Shown piece by piece: positions 50,227-59,365 of a stretch of DNA of 64,000 bases (its first letter is position 1; each line of letters starts with the position of its first letter). The notes under the pieces were generated by a model. The model saw only the letters and a list, made by a program, of their open reading frames with translations. It did not search any database and was not told the origin of the DNA. Source of the DNA: Bdellovibrionota bacterium (GTDB lineage: Bacteria; Bdellovibrionota_C; UBA2361); assembly GCA_044352465.1 (NCBI GenBank), contig JBILDU010000001.1, forward strand, positions 88,618 to 152,617, read 5' to 3'. The position numbers were made by a program, and so were the translations under genes.

Positions 50227-52320
50227 CTATCCCGGAAACTTAAAGACCGTCCAAAGGCTACTGTATCGATCGGTCCACAAGCGGGTACGCCGCTCGATCG
50301 GAGTCGTCGCAGGCGCGATTTCGGGATGATTGAGAAAACTTTGATTGCGGGTGATGATCACGGAATCGCTCGGGGATCTCAATTCAGATGGCATGCCACC
50401 ATCGGTAAGAAGCGCGCTGTGCAGTTCGGCTTTATGGGCAATCGTCGCGAGAACCGGTGCCAGGTCGATGTAGAAATTGGAGATGTGAAAAACAAGCACT
50501 CCCTCCGGCTTCAATTTCGTGAGGTAGCTCCTTATCGCCTCATCGGTGAGAAGATGAGTTGGGATAGCGTCACCGCTAAAAGCATCAAGAAAAATTACAT
50601 CGAACGGTTCGCTGTCCCACCGTTCAAACTCGAGTCGCCCGTCCCCAATACTTACCGTCACCGTACCACGACTCTTTGAGAGAAAAGTGAACCGTTCTTG
50701 GGCGATCTGGTGGACGGTTGGATTCAATTCCACGAAATGATAGCGGTCGCCGGGGCGTGCGTAGGCGGCCACGGTGCCGATGCCGAGTCCGACAACTCCG
50801 ACTGAGATAGGTGCTCCCGAGAACGTGCGTAACACCCGCCCGATAGCACTTGTCGGGCCGTAGTAGGTGGTCGGGTCGAGCTCTTGTGATTCCTCGATTC
50901 GCTGAATGCCGTGGATGGTCGAGCCGTGACTGAATTCCCGATAGGCTGACGGTCCTTGCGTTCGTTCGGTGACTTTTAGAACTCCGTAAAAGTTGCGGGT
51001 GATGAGGTTTGATTGGCCCGGAGAGCCTTGTTGAGTCCGATCGAACGTGAGGAGACAGATCCCGAGGGCGAGGAGTACGAAAAGGGGGAGCGGCTTAACC
51101 GGTCCGGTGGATTGTTGCCGATCGAGGCTCCACCGATGAACCAGCAGTGGCGCTGCAATAGCCAAGATGAGCTCGAGGTTTTGCGAGAAGATCAGCGGGG
51201 CCCCGATGCCGACGAAAAGACCTCCCAGTGCCCCCCCGAGCGCGAGTTGACGGTAAAAACGGGGTAGGGCTTGTGGGGCGGGCCGCGAGCGGGCGAGCTC
51301 AGTGTGGCACACCAAGCAACCTAGCGTCATAGTGACGAGAAGGCTGAGCATCGAGAGCGCCGGTCGACCGAGATATGCGGCGCCGAGGTAGCTAAAAAGA
51401 GCGAGGATATAGAGCGGGAGGCACCATTTGAGGTAGTCGCTCCGGAGCGAACCGAACGCTACCGTGAAGGTCGCGAGGTAGAGGGCGAGGGGAAGCACCC
51501 ACAAAAGGGGCACGGGGGCGATATCGGCCGAGAGGTGGTGAGTCGTCGAGAGGAGTAACATCACCCCGAATGCCGAGGTGGCTATCCAAAAAAGCTCGTC
51601 ACCGCTCCGGACGCTCGGCTGTGCCACCTGAACCATTTGACGGACGGGCGCGGGTTCTTTTGAACGAAGAGCGGTGATGTAGATACCGATCGCACCAAAC
51701 GCCATGAGCCACAGCACGGATTGCCACAGCGACATCTGGATAGGCAGGTCAAAACGAGGTTCAATCAGAAAAGGGTAGGTAAGGAGTGCGAGGAACGAAG
51801 CACCGTTCGAGAGCGCATAGAGGTGGTAGGGGGTGCGATCCCGAAAGGTATGTAGCCAGTGCTGACAGAGCGAGCTTGTCATCGAAAGAGCGATAAACGG
51901 TAATCCGACGGTGTGGCCGAGCAGAAAAAGAATGTGCACCGTGGGTTGAAGCGTTTGATCTGCGGTGCTTTGCAAGAGCGTGGTGAGCGGGGAGAAAAAT
52001 CCCGCTGCGATGAGGAGCCCGCTGAAAACGATTATCTGATAGCGTGGGGAGATAGCGACGCTCAGTCGATCGACCGCAAGATAGCCAAGATAGAGAGCGC
52101 ACTGAAAAAAGACGGCGCAGGTTACCCATACCGCCGCGGCTCCGCCAAATTTAGGCAGGAGCACCTTTGCAACCAGTGGCTGAATTTGGAAGAGGAGAAA
52201 TGCTCCCAAGGTTACCTCGAGAGCGATGAGTAGGTAGAGGGGGTCTACAGCTGAGGGGCGGCTCGCCCGAGCGGGGTCAGCCGAAGTTTCGCGGGGTGCA
52301 TCGGTCAAGGTACCTGACAT
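50227..52320 (-). CDS. Fused membrane domain / spermidine-synthase-like SAM methyltransferase
   Basis: AFLLFQIQPL..K.LLP.FGG...VW, HG.TIHG.Q, VGLGIGT, DGR, LDAFSGDAIPTHLLT.EA, WTD..S. Confidence 0.9.
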   Translation of the reverse strand: MSGTLTDAPRETSADPARASRPSAVDPLYLLIALEVTLGAFLLFQIQPLVAKVLLPKFGGAAAVWVTCAVFFQCALYLGYLAVDRLSVAISPRYQIIVFSGLLIAAGFFSPLTTLLQSTADQTLQPTVHILFLLGHTVGLPFIALSMTSSLCQHWLHTFRDRTPYHLYALSNGASFLALLTYPFLIEPRFDLPIQMSLWQSVLWLMAFGAIGIYITALRSKEPAPVRQMVQVAQPSVRSGDELFWIATSAFGVMLLLSTTHHLSADIAPVPLLWVLPLALYLATFTVAFGSLRSDYLKWCLPLYILALFSYLGAAYLGRPALSMLSLLVTMTLGCLVCHTELARSRPAPQALPRFYRQLALGGALGGLFVGIGAPLIFSQNLELILAIAAPLLVHRWSLDRQQSTGPVKPLPLFVLLALGICLLTFDRTQQGSPGQSNLITRNFYGVLKVTERTQGPSAYREFSHGSTIHGIQRIEESQELDPTTYYGPTSAIGRVLRTFSGAPISVGVVGLGIGTVAAYARPGDRYHFVELNPTVHQIAQERFTFLSKSRGTVTVSIGDGRLEFERWDSEPFDVIFLDAFSGDAIPTHLLTDEAIRSYLTKLKPEGVLVFHISNFYIDLAPVLATIAHKAELHSALLTDGGMPSELRSPSDSVIITRNQSFLNHPEIAPATTPIERRTRLWTDRYSSLWTVFKFPG

Positions 52321-52435
52321 AAGGAGATAAAAAAGAAGCGTAGACTCGTCGCGTGTCTATGTGACGGCATCTTTCGCGATCTCTCAGTCCTCGCTACGAT
52401 TTCAGTCCGGCACGCCTGTTTAATGAGGATACAAT

Positions 52436-53503
52436 ATGCAGCCCGTCAGAGCTATCGGTAACGCAAGTCCGACCGCCGAATTGAAACCGATTGAGATTCC
52501 CCGGCGAGAGGTCGGTGAGCACGATGTAGAGATTGAGATCCTGTACTGTGGTATTTGTCACTCCGATCTTCATACCGCTCGAAACGAGTGGTCGATATGG
52601 CCAACGGTCTATCCCTGTGTCCCGGGGCATGAAATCATCGGACGGGTGAAGAGCGTCGGCCCGGGAGTCACTCGCCACACCGTTGGGGCGATGGTGGGAG
52701 TCGGGTGTATGGTCGATTCGTGTGGGGCCTGTGGAAGCTGCCAGGAGAGCCTCGAGCAGTACTGTGATACGGGCGGGACGATTTTCACCTACGGGACTCC
52801 TGATCCTCACGGAACAGCACCGGTTACTTACGGTGGGTACTCTGAAAAGATAGTAGTCAACGAAAAATTCGTCCTCAAAGTATCGGAAAAGTTGAATCCA
52901 GCGGCGGCCGCGCCGCTTCTCTGTGCTGGCATTACGCTGTATTCGCCCCTCCGTCATTGGAAAGCGGGACCGGGTAAAAAAGTGGGGATCGTAGGACTCG
53001 GTGGGCTTGGCCATATGGGGGTTAAATTCGCTCACGCCTTTGGGGCCGAGACGGTGCTTTTTACGACATCGCCCGGCAAAGTTGCGGATGGTAAACGTCT
53101 CGGCGCAGATACGGTTGTCATATCGAGCGATGCGGGAGCGATGGCGCAGCATACGCGCTCTTTTGATCTCATCGTCGATACCGTCTCCGCAGCCCACAAC
53201 CTCGATCCGTATATCGGTCTTCTGAAGCGGGATGGCGCGCTCGTTTTGGTCGGAGCACCGGAGCATCCGCATCCCTCTCCGACGGTGTTTAACCTCCTTC
53301 TGGCGCGGCGTTCGGTTGCAGGGTCAGGCATCGGTGGTATTCGTGAGACTCAGGAGATGCTCGATTTTTGCGCGGCCAAGGGAATCGCCTCGGATATTGA
53401 GCTTATTGGTGCAGGAGAAATCAATCGGGCGTATGCGCGGATGTTGGAGGGCGACGTTAAGTACCGGTTTGTTCTCGATATGGAGTCGCTACGCGGAAGG
53501 TAG
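52436..53503 (+). CDS. Zn-dependent NAD(P) alcohol dehydrogenase (cinnamyl alcohol dehydrogenase/YahK-like)
   Basis: CGICHSD, PGHE, four-Cys structural Zn site, APLLCAGIT, GLGGLGHMG, GDVKYRFV. Confidence 0.93.
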   Translation: MQPVRAIGNASPTAELKPIEIPRREVGEHDVEIEILYCGICHSDLHTARNEWSIWPTVYPCVPGHEIIGRVKSVGPGVTRHTVGAMVGVGCMVDSCGACGSCQESLEQYCDTGGTIFTYGTPDPHGTAPVTYGGYSEKIVVNEKFVLKVSEKLNPAAAAPLLCAGITLYSPLRHWKAGPGKKVGIVGLGGLGHMGVKFAHAFGAETVLFTTSPGKVADGKRLGADTVVISSDAGAMAQHTRSFDLIVDTVSAAHNLDPYIGLLKRDGALVLVGAPEHPHPSPTVFNLLLARRSVAGSGIGGIRETQEMLDFCAAKGIASDIELIGAGEINRAYARMLEGDVKYRFVLDMESLRGR

Positions 53504-53701
53504 TTGGTAAGCGAGTCGCCATCGGTGCGACTCCTATGCCCTTCAAGAACGTCGGGAGTAGAGGGGCCGCGCGCGCCGTCTGGGGGGGCGAAGAGCCGTC
53601 TTTCAGATGGTCGCTCGGCCGAATTTCCCGTCATAGGGTGAATACCGATCGCCTCTCAGCTTTATCAAAGCTGCAAGGTGACTGGTCATAACATCTTGCG
53701 C

Positions 53702-54169
53702 TTAGGAGACCCGGCGTCGCCGGATCTTCAGCAAAGAGCGCCCCTCTGGTGCGGCACTCTCTCCGTCGACGCGGAACGTTTCCCACCTTACCTGGCCGTC
53801 TTCGATGAGTTTTTTAAGCCGTTGTTGAGATTCGGAGAGACGTGCGCCCCCCGATTTCACCTCAATGAAAGTGATACCCTCCGCGGGATCGAAATGAATG
53901 AAGTCGATCGGCTGACCGAGAAAAACGGTGCTCGTGCCGTCTTTCTTCACATCAACGGGAAAGTCCTCAAGTATCGGGGCTAGCGACTCGGCGATCTTTC
54001 CGGTGCGAACCTCAGAGCTTTTTTTCTGCGAGAGAATCGCTGCAATACGGGCATCAAAGGAAAAGAGCCACCAGAACAAGGGCTTCGCGAGGAGGATCGC
54101 GACGATCGCCACGGTGATGAAGCTCGCGATGCGATGGGTGGAAACAAAATCGAGGATAGTCTGTCCCAT
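53702..54169 (-). CDS. Holliday-junction-resolvase-related endonuclease with an N-terminal TM segment
   Basis: G.I.E.LAP, FLGQPIDFIHF, ITFIEVKSG...LS..Q..LK..I..G.V.W. Confidence 0.8.
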   Translation of the reverse strand: MGQTILDFVSTHRIASFITVAIVAILLAKPLFWWLFSFDARIAAILSQKKSSEVRTGKIAESLAPILEDFPVDVKKDGTSTVFLGQPIDFIHFDPAEGITFIEVKSGGARLSESQQRLKKLIEDGQVRWETFRVDGESAAPEGRSLLKIRRRRVS

Positions 54170-54233
54170 CGAATCGCCGCGGCCCCTGCGTCCTCATCTC
54201 CTGCGCGCGCTCTATTTGTTTGAGCGCGGCCCC

Positions 54234-54722
54234 TTAGTGGTGGTGTCCCCCCGGTCCGTGAGCGTGCCCGTGCTCAAGCTCTTCCTTTGTCGCGGCACGA
54301 ACGTCGATGACCTCGACATCAAAAGTGAGTGTTTTCCCGGCAAAGGGGTGATTCTGGTCGACGGTAACGGTGTCTTTGTTCACCTTCGTGATTCGCGCAA
54401 CCGCGACCTCACCATCGGGCGCGGCGAATTGAAAGATCGCTCCGACTTTGAGTTCTTTTTTGTCCTTGAATTGGCTCTTTTGTAATTCCGCGACAAGCTC
54501 TTCGTCGTAGTCGCCGTATCCGTGCTTGGGGGCGATGTCGACCGAAAATTTAGCTCCGATCTCTTTTCCCGAGAGAGCCTTTTCCAACCCGGAGATGATC
54601 TGATCATGGCCATGCAGGTACATGAGTGGCTCTTCGCCCCGCGATGACTCGACCTTTTTGCTCCCTTCTTTGACGGTGTAGTGGATCGAGACGACCTTAT
54701 TTTTGGCGACTTTGTCTTTCAT
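54234..54722 (-). CDS. slyD: FKBP-type peptidyl-prolyl isomerase SlyD
   Basis: VVSIHY, YLHG..QII.GLE, VD.NHP.AG..L.FDVEV..VR.AT.EE..HGH.H. Confidence 0.93.
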   Translation of the reverse strand: MKDKVAKNKVVSIHYTVKEGSKKVESSRGEEPLMYLHGHDQIISGLEKALSGKEIGAKFSVDIAPKHGYGDYDEELVAELQKSQFKDKKELKVGAIFQFAAPDGEVAVARITKVNKDTVTVDQNHPFAGKTLTFDVEVIDVRAATKEELEHGHAHGPGGHHH

Positions 54723-54993
54723 GTCTTCCTTCATCGGATAGCCCGAGGTCAAGGATACCGGGTTATTTCATTTCCGCCAGTAGGGTGTTCGTCGAGCCGC
54801 TTTCTTCGTGCCTCGACGAGCCTACTCGCGGGAGGCCGTGTCGCGGGGGGATGAAGGCGTGGCCTTCTTTGAGCAGCCACATTTTTTGCCGCAGCCACGT
54901 GATGACATCGCGTGAATTCCGCCGAAAAGAAGCCAGGCGACCGCACCGAGACCAAGCATAACCAAGATGATGTTCTCTAAGGTTGGCATCACA

Positions 54994-57102
54994 TTATCCT
55001 ATAACTCGGCTTAGCGCTTGATAGGTGAGGAAGGCTGCCAGGTACGCAAGTGTTGTCATGTAGGTAAACATGAAGATCGGCCACCGCCATGAGTTAGTTT
55101 CGCGCCGGCAGACGGCGAGAGTTGACATGCATTGGCAAGCGAAGACGTAGAAGACCATGAGGGCGAGCGCCGAGGCGAGGGTAAAAGTTCCTGCATCGCG
55201 CCGTTCCTCGAGCGCTTTGATGACCGGTCGAGACTCGTCGGACTCGTCAGCTTCAAGGTTGTATACCGTGGCCAGCGAGGCGACAAACACCTCTCGTGCC
55301 GCGAAAGAGGCGAGGATGCCGACCCCGATCTCCCAGTTAAATCCGAGCGGCCGAATCGCTGGCTCGATGGCGTGACCGATTTTTCCGGCATAGCTTTCCT
55401 CGACCTTGTCGGAGGGGAAGGCGGCGAGAAACCATAAAACGATCGAGCACGCTAAGATCATGGTGCCGGCGCTCTTTAAAAAGAGAACAACCCGATCGAT
55501 GACGTCGCGCAAAACCATTTTCATCGCTGGAAGGCGAAAAGGCGGCATCTCCATAACAAAGAGGGCCGGGGTGCCCCGGAGGAGCGAGGCCTTTAATAGC
55601 CACGCAACGAGGGCCGCTCCAGCGATGCCGAGAAGGTACATTCCGAGCAGGACGAGGCCCTGAAGTGAGATAAAGCCAAGGTAAAGCTTACTCGGAATGA
55701 ATGCCGCGATGAGCAGAGCGTAAACGGGGAGGCGTGCACTGCAGCTCATGAGAGGCGCGATGAGTATCGTGGTCAGGCGGTCGGCAAAAGAGGGGATGGA
55801 GCGGGCCGACATAATACCCGGAATCGCGCAGGCAAAGGAGCTGAGGAGTGGGATAAAAGAGCGCCCTTGAAGGCCGACTTTGCGCATGATTCGGTCCATG
55901 AGGAATGCGGCGCGGCAGAGGTACCCGGTTTCCTCGAGGATGCCGAGGAACAAAAAGAGGATGGCGATTTGGGGGACAAAGATAACAACGCTCCCGACCC
56001 CAGCGATGACTCCGTCAACGAGGAGACTTTCGAGCTTGCCGTCGGGCATCGATGCTTTCACAAAGGTCCCGAGCTGGGCGAACGCCGAGTCGATGAGGTC
56101 CATCGGGGCGCTCGCCCACAAGAAGATCGCTTGAAAAATAACGGTCATCACGCCGAGGAAGATGAGACTTCCCCAAATTTTATGGGTGATGAGCGCATCG
56201 CAACGCTCAGCCCAGCGCCGTTTGTCGGAGTGAGCTTGGACACACGAATTTTTGACGACCTGGTTAATCCACTGGTAACGGGCGGTCGCCTCAAAACTCA
56301 TTGCATCGAGTCCGTGGTGGGCGAGGTCGGCTCGTGCCTCGAGAACCGCGTTCCGCATCGCCTCGGAGCTTCCCTGGCTCGATTCGCTGAGGAGCGCCGT
56401 TCCGATGAGAAGGCTCGGAATCGTTGGGCGGGCGTGGCCCGCAAGTTGGGCCGCGGTACCGAGCTTCGTGGCTCTGTCGGTAAAGGGGGATTCCGGTGGA
56501 AGCCATTGAAATGTCGGGGCGGGGGTAACGTGACGTCCGTTTGCGACCCGCTCGATCTCGGCGCGCAGAACTTCGAGTCCGCTACCTTTGCTCGCCGTGA
56601 GCGGCACGACCGGCACGCCAAGGAGTCGCCCGAGGATCTCGGTGCGTATCGTGAGTCCGCGCTCGGCAGCGATATCGCTCATGTTGAGGGCGACGATTAT
56701 CGGCCGGCCAAGATCGATTAGTTGCGTTGTCAGATACAGGTTGCGTTCAAGATTGCTTGCGTCGAGGACGGCGACGATAAGGTCCGGTAATTGCTCGCCT
56801 TCGATTTGTCCGAGGAGGGCGGCCGTGGCTATTTGTTCGTCGAGGGAATTCCCGGAGAGGCTATAAATGCCCGGAAGATCGAGGAGTCGAGCGTTCTCTA
56901 CTCCCGGAAGGGCGATCGCTCCGATCTTTTTCTCGACGGTAACCCCAGGGTAGTTGGCGACTTTATACCGCAGGCCGGTAAGCCCATTAAAAATGGTTGT
57001 TTTGCCGCAATTCGGATTGCCCGCGAGTGCCACCGTATACGGCGATCCCGAAGAGTGCACTCCGCTCGGTGCGCGAGGTGTTGATGACTGCGCTGACGAC
57101 AT
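54994..57102 (-). CDS. feoB: Ferrous iron transporter B
   Basis: GNPNCGKT, NYPGVTVE, DLPG.YSL, LNM.D, CSARLPVY, FAAREV. Confidence 0.96.
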   Translation of the reverse strand: MSSAQSSTPRAPSGVHSSGSPYTVALAGNPNCGKTTIFNGLTGLRYKVANYPGVTVEKKIGAIALPGVENARLLDLPGIYSLSGNSLDEQIATAALLGQIEGEQLPDLIVAVLDASNLERNLYLTTQLIDLGRPIIVALNMSDIAAERGLTIRTEILGRLLGVPVVPLTASKGSGLEVLRAEIERVANGRHVTPAPTFQWLPPESPFTDRATKLGTAAQLAGHARPTIPSLLIGTALLSESSQGSSEAMRNAVLEARADLAHHGLDAMSFEATARYQWINQVVKNSCVQAHSDKRRWAERCDALITHKIWGSLIFLGVMTVIFQAIFLWASAPMDLIDSAFAQLGTFVKASMPDGKLESLLVDGVIAGVGSVVIFVPQIAILFLFLGILEETGYLCRAAFLMDRIMRKVGLQGRSFIPLLSSFACAIPGIMSARSIPSFADRLTTILIAPLMSCSARLPVYALLIAAFIPSKLYLGFISLQGLVLLGMYLLGIAGAALVAWLLKASLLRGTPALFVMEMPPFRLPAMKMVLRDVIDRVVLFLKSAGTMILACSIVLWFLAAFPSDKVEESYAGKIGHAIEPAIRPLGFNWEIGVGILASFAAREVFVASLATVYNLEADESDESRPVIKALEERRDAGTFTLASALALMVFYVFACQCMSTLAVCRRETNSWRWPIFMFTYMTTLAYLAAFLTYQALSRVIG

Positions 57103-57169
57103 GAAACTCGTTTCACTCAGTGACTGCGACTAACTCGGCGTGAAGTCGCTGGGGCGCTCTCTTGTCGGC

Positions 57170-57454
57170 TTAGGCGAGCGCGACCTCTACGTGACGCGCC
57201 TCCGAGCGACGCAAGGAAAGGCTGTATCCCAACGCTTGAATCTTCATCGGATCTCCCAGCGGGGCTATCGACAGGACCTCGATCTTTGTTCCACTGACGA
57301 TTCCCATCGAGAGAAGTTTGTTACAGAGCGTTTTATTCTCGTTTGAAACTCCGACGACAACCCCTTTCTTACCGCTCGGGATTGAGTCGAGGGTGGCCCG
57401 GCGCTCCGGTACCGACAAGTCGCTAGAGACATCGAGAGCCAGAGCGTTTGCCAT
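57170..57454 (-). CDS. feoA: Ferrous iron transport protein A
   Basis: LLSMGI..G..I.V...APLGDP.....GY.LSLR.SEA; GAGG RBS before ATG 57454. Confidence 0.92.
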   Translation of the reverse strand: MANALALDVSSDLSVPERRATLDSIPSGKKGVVVGVSNENKTLCNKLLSMGIVSGTKIEVLSIAPLGDPMKIQALGYSLSLRRSEARHVEVALA

Positions 57455-57677
57455 ATCGAGACCTCGAAAATGAGAGACTGAGAAAACGAGAAACCTAGAA
57501 AATAGGGCTCTGTTTTTTATAAAAATCTTTGCTCGTGAGTAATTGAGAGGTTTTGGGCCGGACCTCCAATAACGAGCCAACTCTGGTAACCCTAGGGCAG
57601 ATATGGGTGGTGTGTCAAGTTGTTGGTTGGGGTTGCGCTTGTTTGCTATATCAAGCGCTAATCTTGATTAGTTTAGT

Positions 57678-58688
57678 CTAGTTAGGGTGAGTCTTGGGAA
57701 TGCGCGGCACCTTTGTAGGGTCGTTAATGCCCCGCTCACGGTAAGAGCGGGCATCTTGGGGGGTAAAGCCCAGGGATTGCCATTTAACCGCCTCCAGGGG
57801 ATCGAGTCCGGCACGTAACCATAGGGTAGCCTCAGTAGCCGAAAAGCCGGCCTCTTTCCAGGTAACCATAACGGCTGGTAGTTCGATCCCGCCTTTGCGC
57901 CATAAGGCTGCTTCGGCTGGGTCGGTGCCGTAAGCACGCCAGTATCCTGCATCGGTCGGGGTAAAGCCCTGATTGAGCCACTTAGCTCCCTCTTGTTCAA
58001 CGAATTCAACCGTGAGGAACGTAAGTCCCCCCCGAAACGGCGCGGTCAGGATGTTGATGTCGTGAACTTGAGTGAGAGCGAGCGGGGAGAGCTTGGCGCA
58101 CTCCGTGCCGAATCCGGCGAGGAACGTGGGGCCAAGATCATTTTCCGGATTGGTGAGGGCTTGGGAGGCGGTGTAGGTCAATTCGACTTCGGCGAGTAGT
58201 CGGGGCTCTAAGCCGCGGTGATAGGCGGTGAATTCGGTAAGCTTCATCGCCTCACCGAACTGGATATTGCCTAGGCAATAGAAGTGGCTTGCTACCTTCA
58301 TACGGGCAAGGCACGCGCAAAGCACCTGCAGCTCGTCCCGCGGTAGTGTTGCGAGGTCGCCCCGACTTGTTGCGCGGCTACAGACATCGCTGACCCAGCG
58401 CAACTCTGGCTTCATCGCATCAAGCATATCGAGCGCCCTTTTCGCGTCGAACGTGCCTGGAGTGGTCCAATGCGCGGCAAACAGAGGAGAGCCTTGAAAG
58501 AGTTCGTTAAGCCACTGCCCGATTCTTTGAAGCGCCTCCCCGCTCCGTTGGAGCTCTTGAGGGTCTACGCCAGGGACGCCGAAATCCGAGAGTACTTTAA
58601 AAAAGACGTAGCGCCCCTGGTAGCTTGAGCGGAGGTAGTTGAGCACGGAGAGGGAGTACTCAATGTCAGGGGTTAGGGTCGTTTTCAC
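57678..58688 (-). CDS. Hypothetical protein with C-terminal Trp-containing ~13-aa repeats
   Basis: W-x3-G-(F/I/L/T)-x-P-x2-A repeats, about seven copies. Confidence 0.7.
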   Translation of the reverse strand: MKTTLTPDIEYSLSVLNYLRSSYQGRYVFFKVLSDFGVPGVDPQELQRSGEALQRIGQWLNELFQGSPLFAAHWTTPGTFDAKRALDMLDAMKPELRWVSDVCSRATSRGDLATLPRDELQVLCACLARMKVASHFYCLGNIQFGEAMKLTEFTAYHRGLEPRLLAEVELTYTASQALTNPENDLGPTFLAGFGTECAKLSPLALTQVHDINILTAPFRGGLTFLTVEFVEQEGAKWLNQGFTPTDAGYWRAYGTDPAEAALWRKGGIELPAVMVTWKEAGFSATEATLWLRAGLDPLEAVKWQSLGFTPQDARSYRERGINDPTKVPRIPKTHPN

Positions 58689-59110
58689 GTCGAGTAGTAA
58701 CTTTATATGGCCTTTGTGGCGCGAGCTCCGGGTTCATTGCCACCAAAACCGCAGAGCGGGGGGCTTAGCCCTGATAAGACTATCGGCGCACCGCACGATG
58801 AGCTTCACCGGGTAGTCGGCATCCTCGACTGGCCCTTATTGACGGCGGTTCTTGGCTAAGCTCCTCGGTAAAAGCAGAGTGGTCAGATTTACGGCCCCGT
58901 CCGGTATTTTTAATGGGTGGGGCTAGTTATTTCAGCCTCTTGCGGCAGTCCGGCATCGGGTGAGTTCTCTAGGCCGCTAAAAGCGCTGAGGGCGTGAGGA
59001 TTTAGAAAACGATTTGAAAAATAATCCTTATGTAATTTTGTCATGTTACACTAACGGCTGTAGGAAATTTTTAACCACCTTGAAATTAGTGTGGACACTC
59101 GATAGGTGCA

Positions 59111-59158
59111 CACATATACCTAGTATGTTGGGTGGTCGAGAGACACAACATATAGTGA
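59111..59158 (+). promoter_or_regulatory. Tandem NrdR boxes
   Basis: ACACAACATATAGTGA at 59143-59158 fits the acaCwAtATaTwGtgt consensus; weaker CACATATACCTAGTAT at 59111-59126, centres 32 bp apart; upstream of nrdA. Confidence 0.75.
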
Positions 59159-59365
59159 TTCGGTGGGTAGTTTTGGCGCCGCAGTCACTAAAGATAACGA
59201 AAAATAGAACAAAAGTTTGGCCATCGGGTGTGGTCGCGGGCTTGTTTTGTCTTCAGTCGTGAGTGGGTGTCGCTCGGAAGCCGAGCTTACGTTGTAAACA
59301 CGAAATACGGCGTAAATTAGGATAGCGAGCAAACTAGAAAAGCGCAGTTGAGGGGAGAGGCGGTT

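Noticed and set aside
52394..53272. 292-aa antisense ORF over the alcohol dehydrogenase (similarly 55867-56721, 36478-37248, 25316-26230)
   Set aside because: Fully overlaps confidently identified genes on the other strand; typical GC-rich shadow ORFs
57461..57500. YGAGA repeats with 8-bp period upstream of feoA as a possible Fur-type site
   Set aside because: Not palindromic and a poor match to Fur consensus; too weak to call
58690..59340. Long nrdA upstream region as a possible cobalamin riboswitch
   Set aside because: No B12-box motifs seen; NrdR boxes and divergent promoters explain the region
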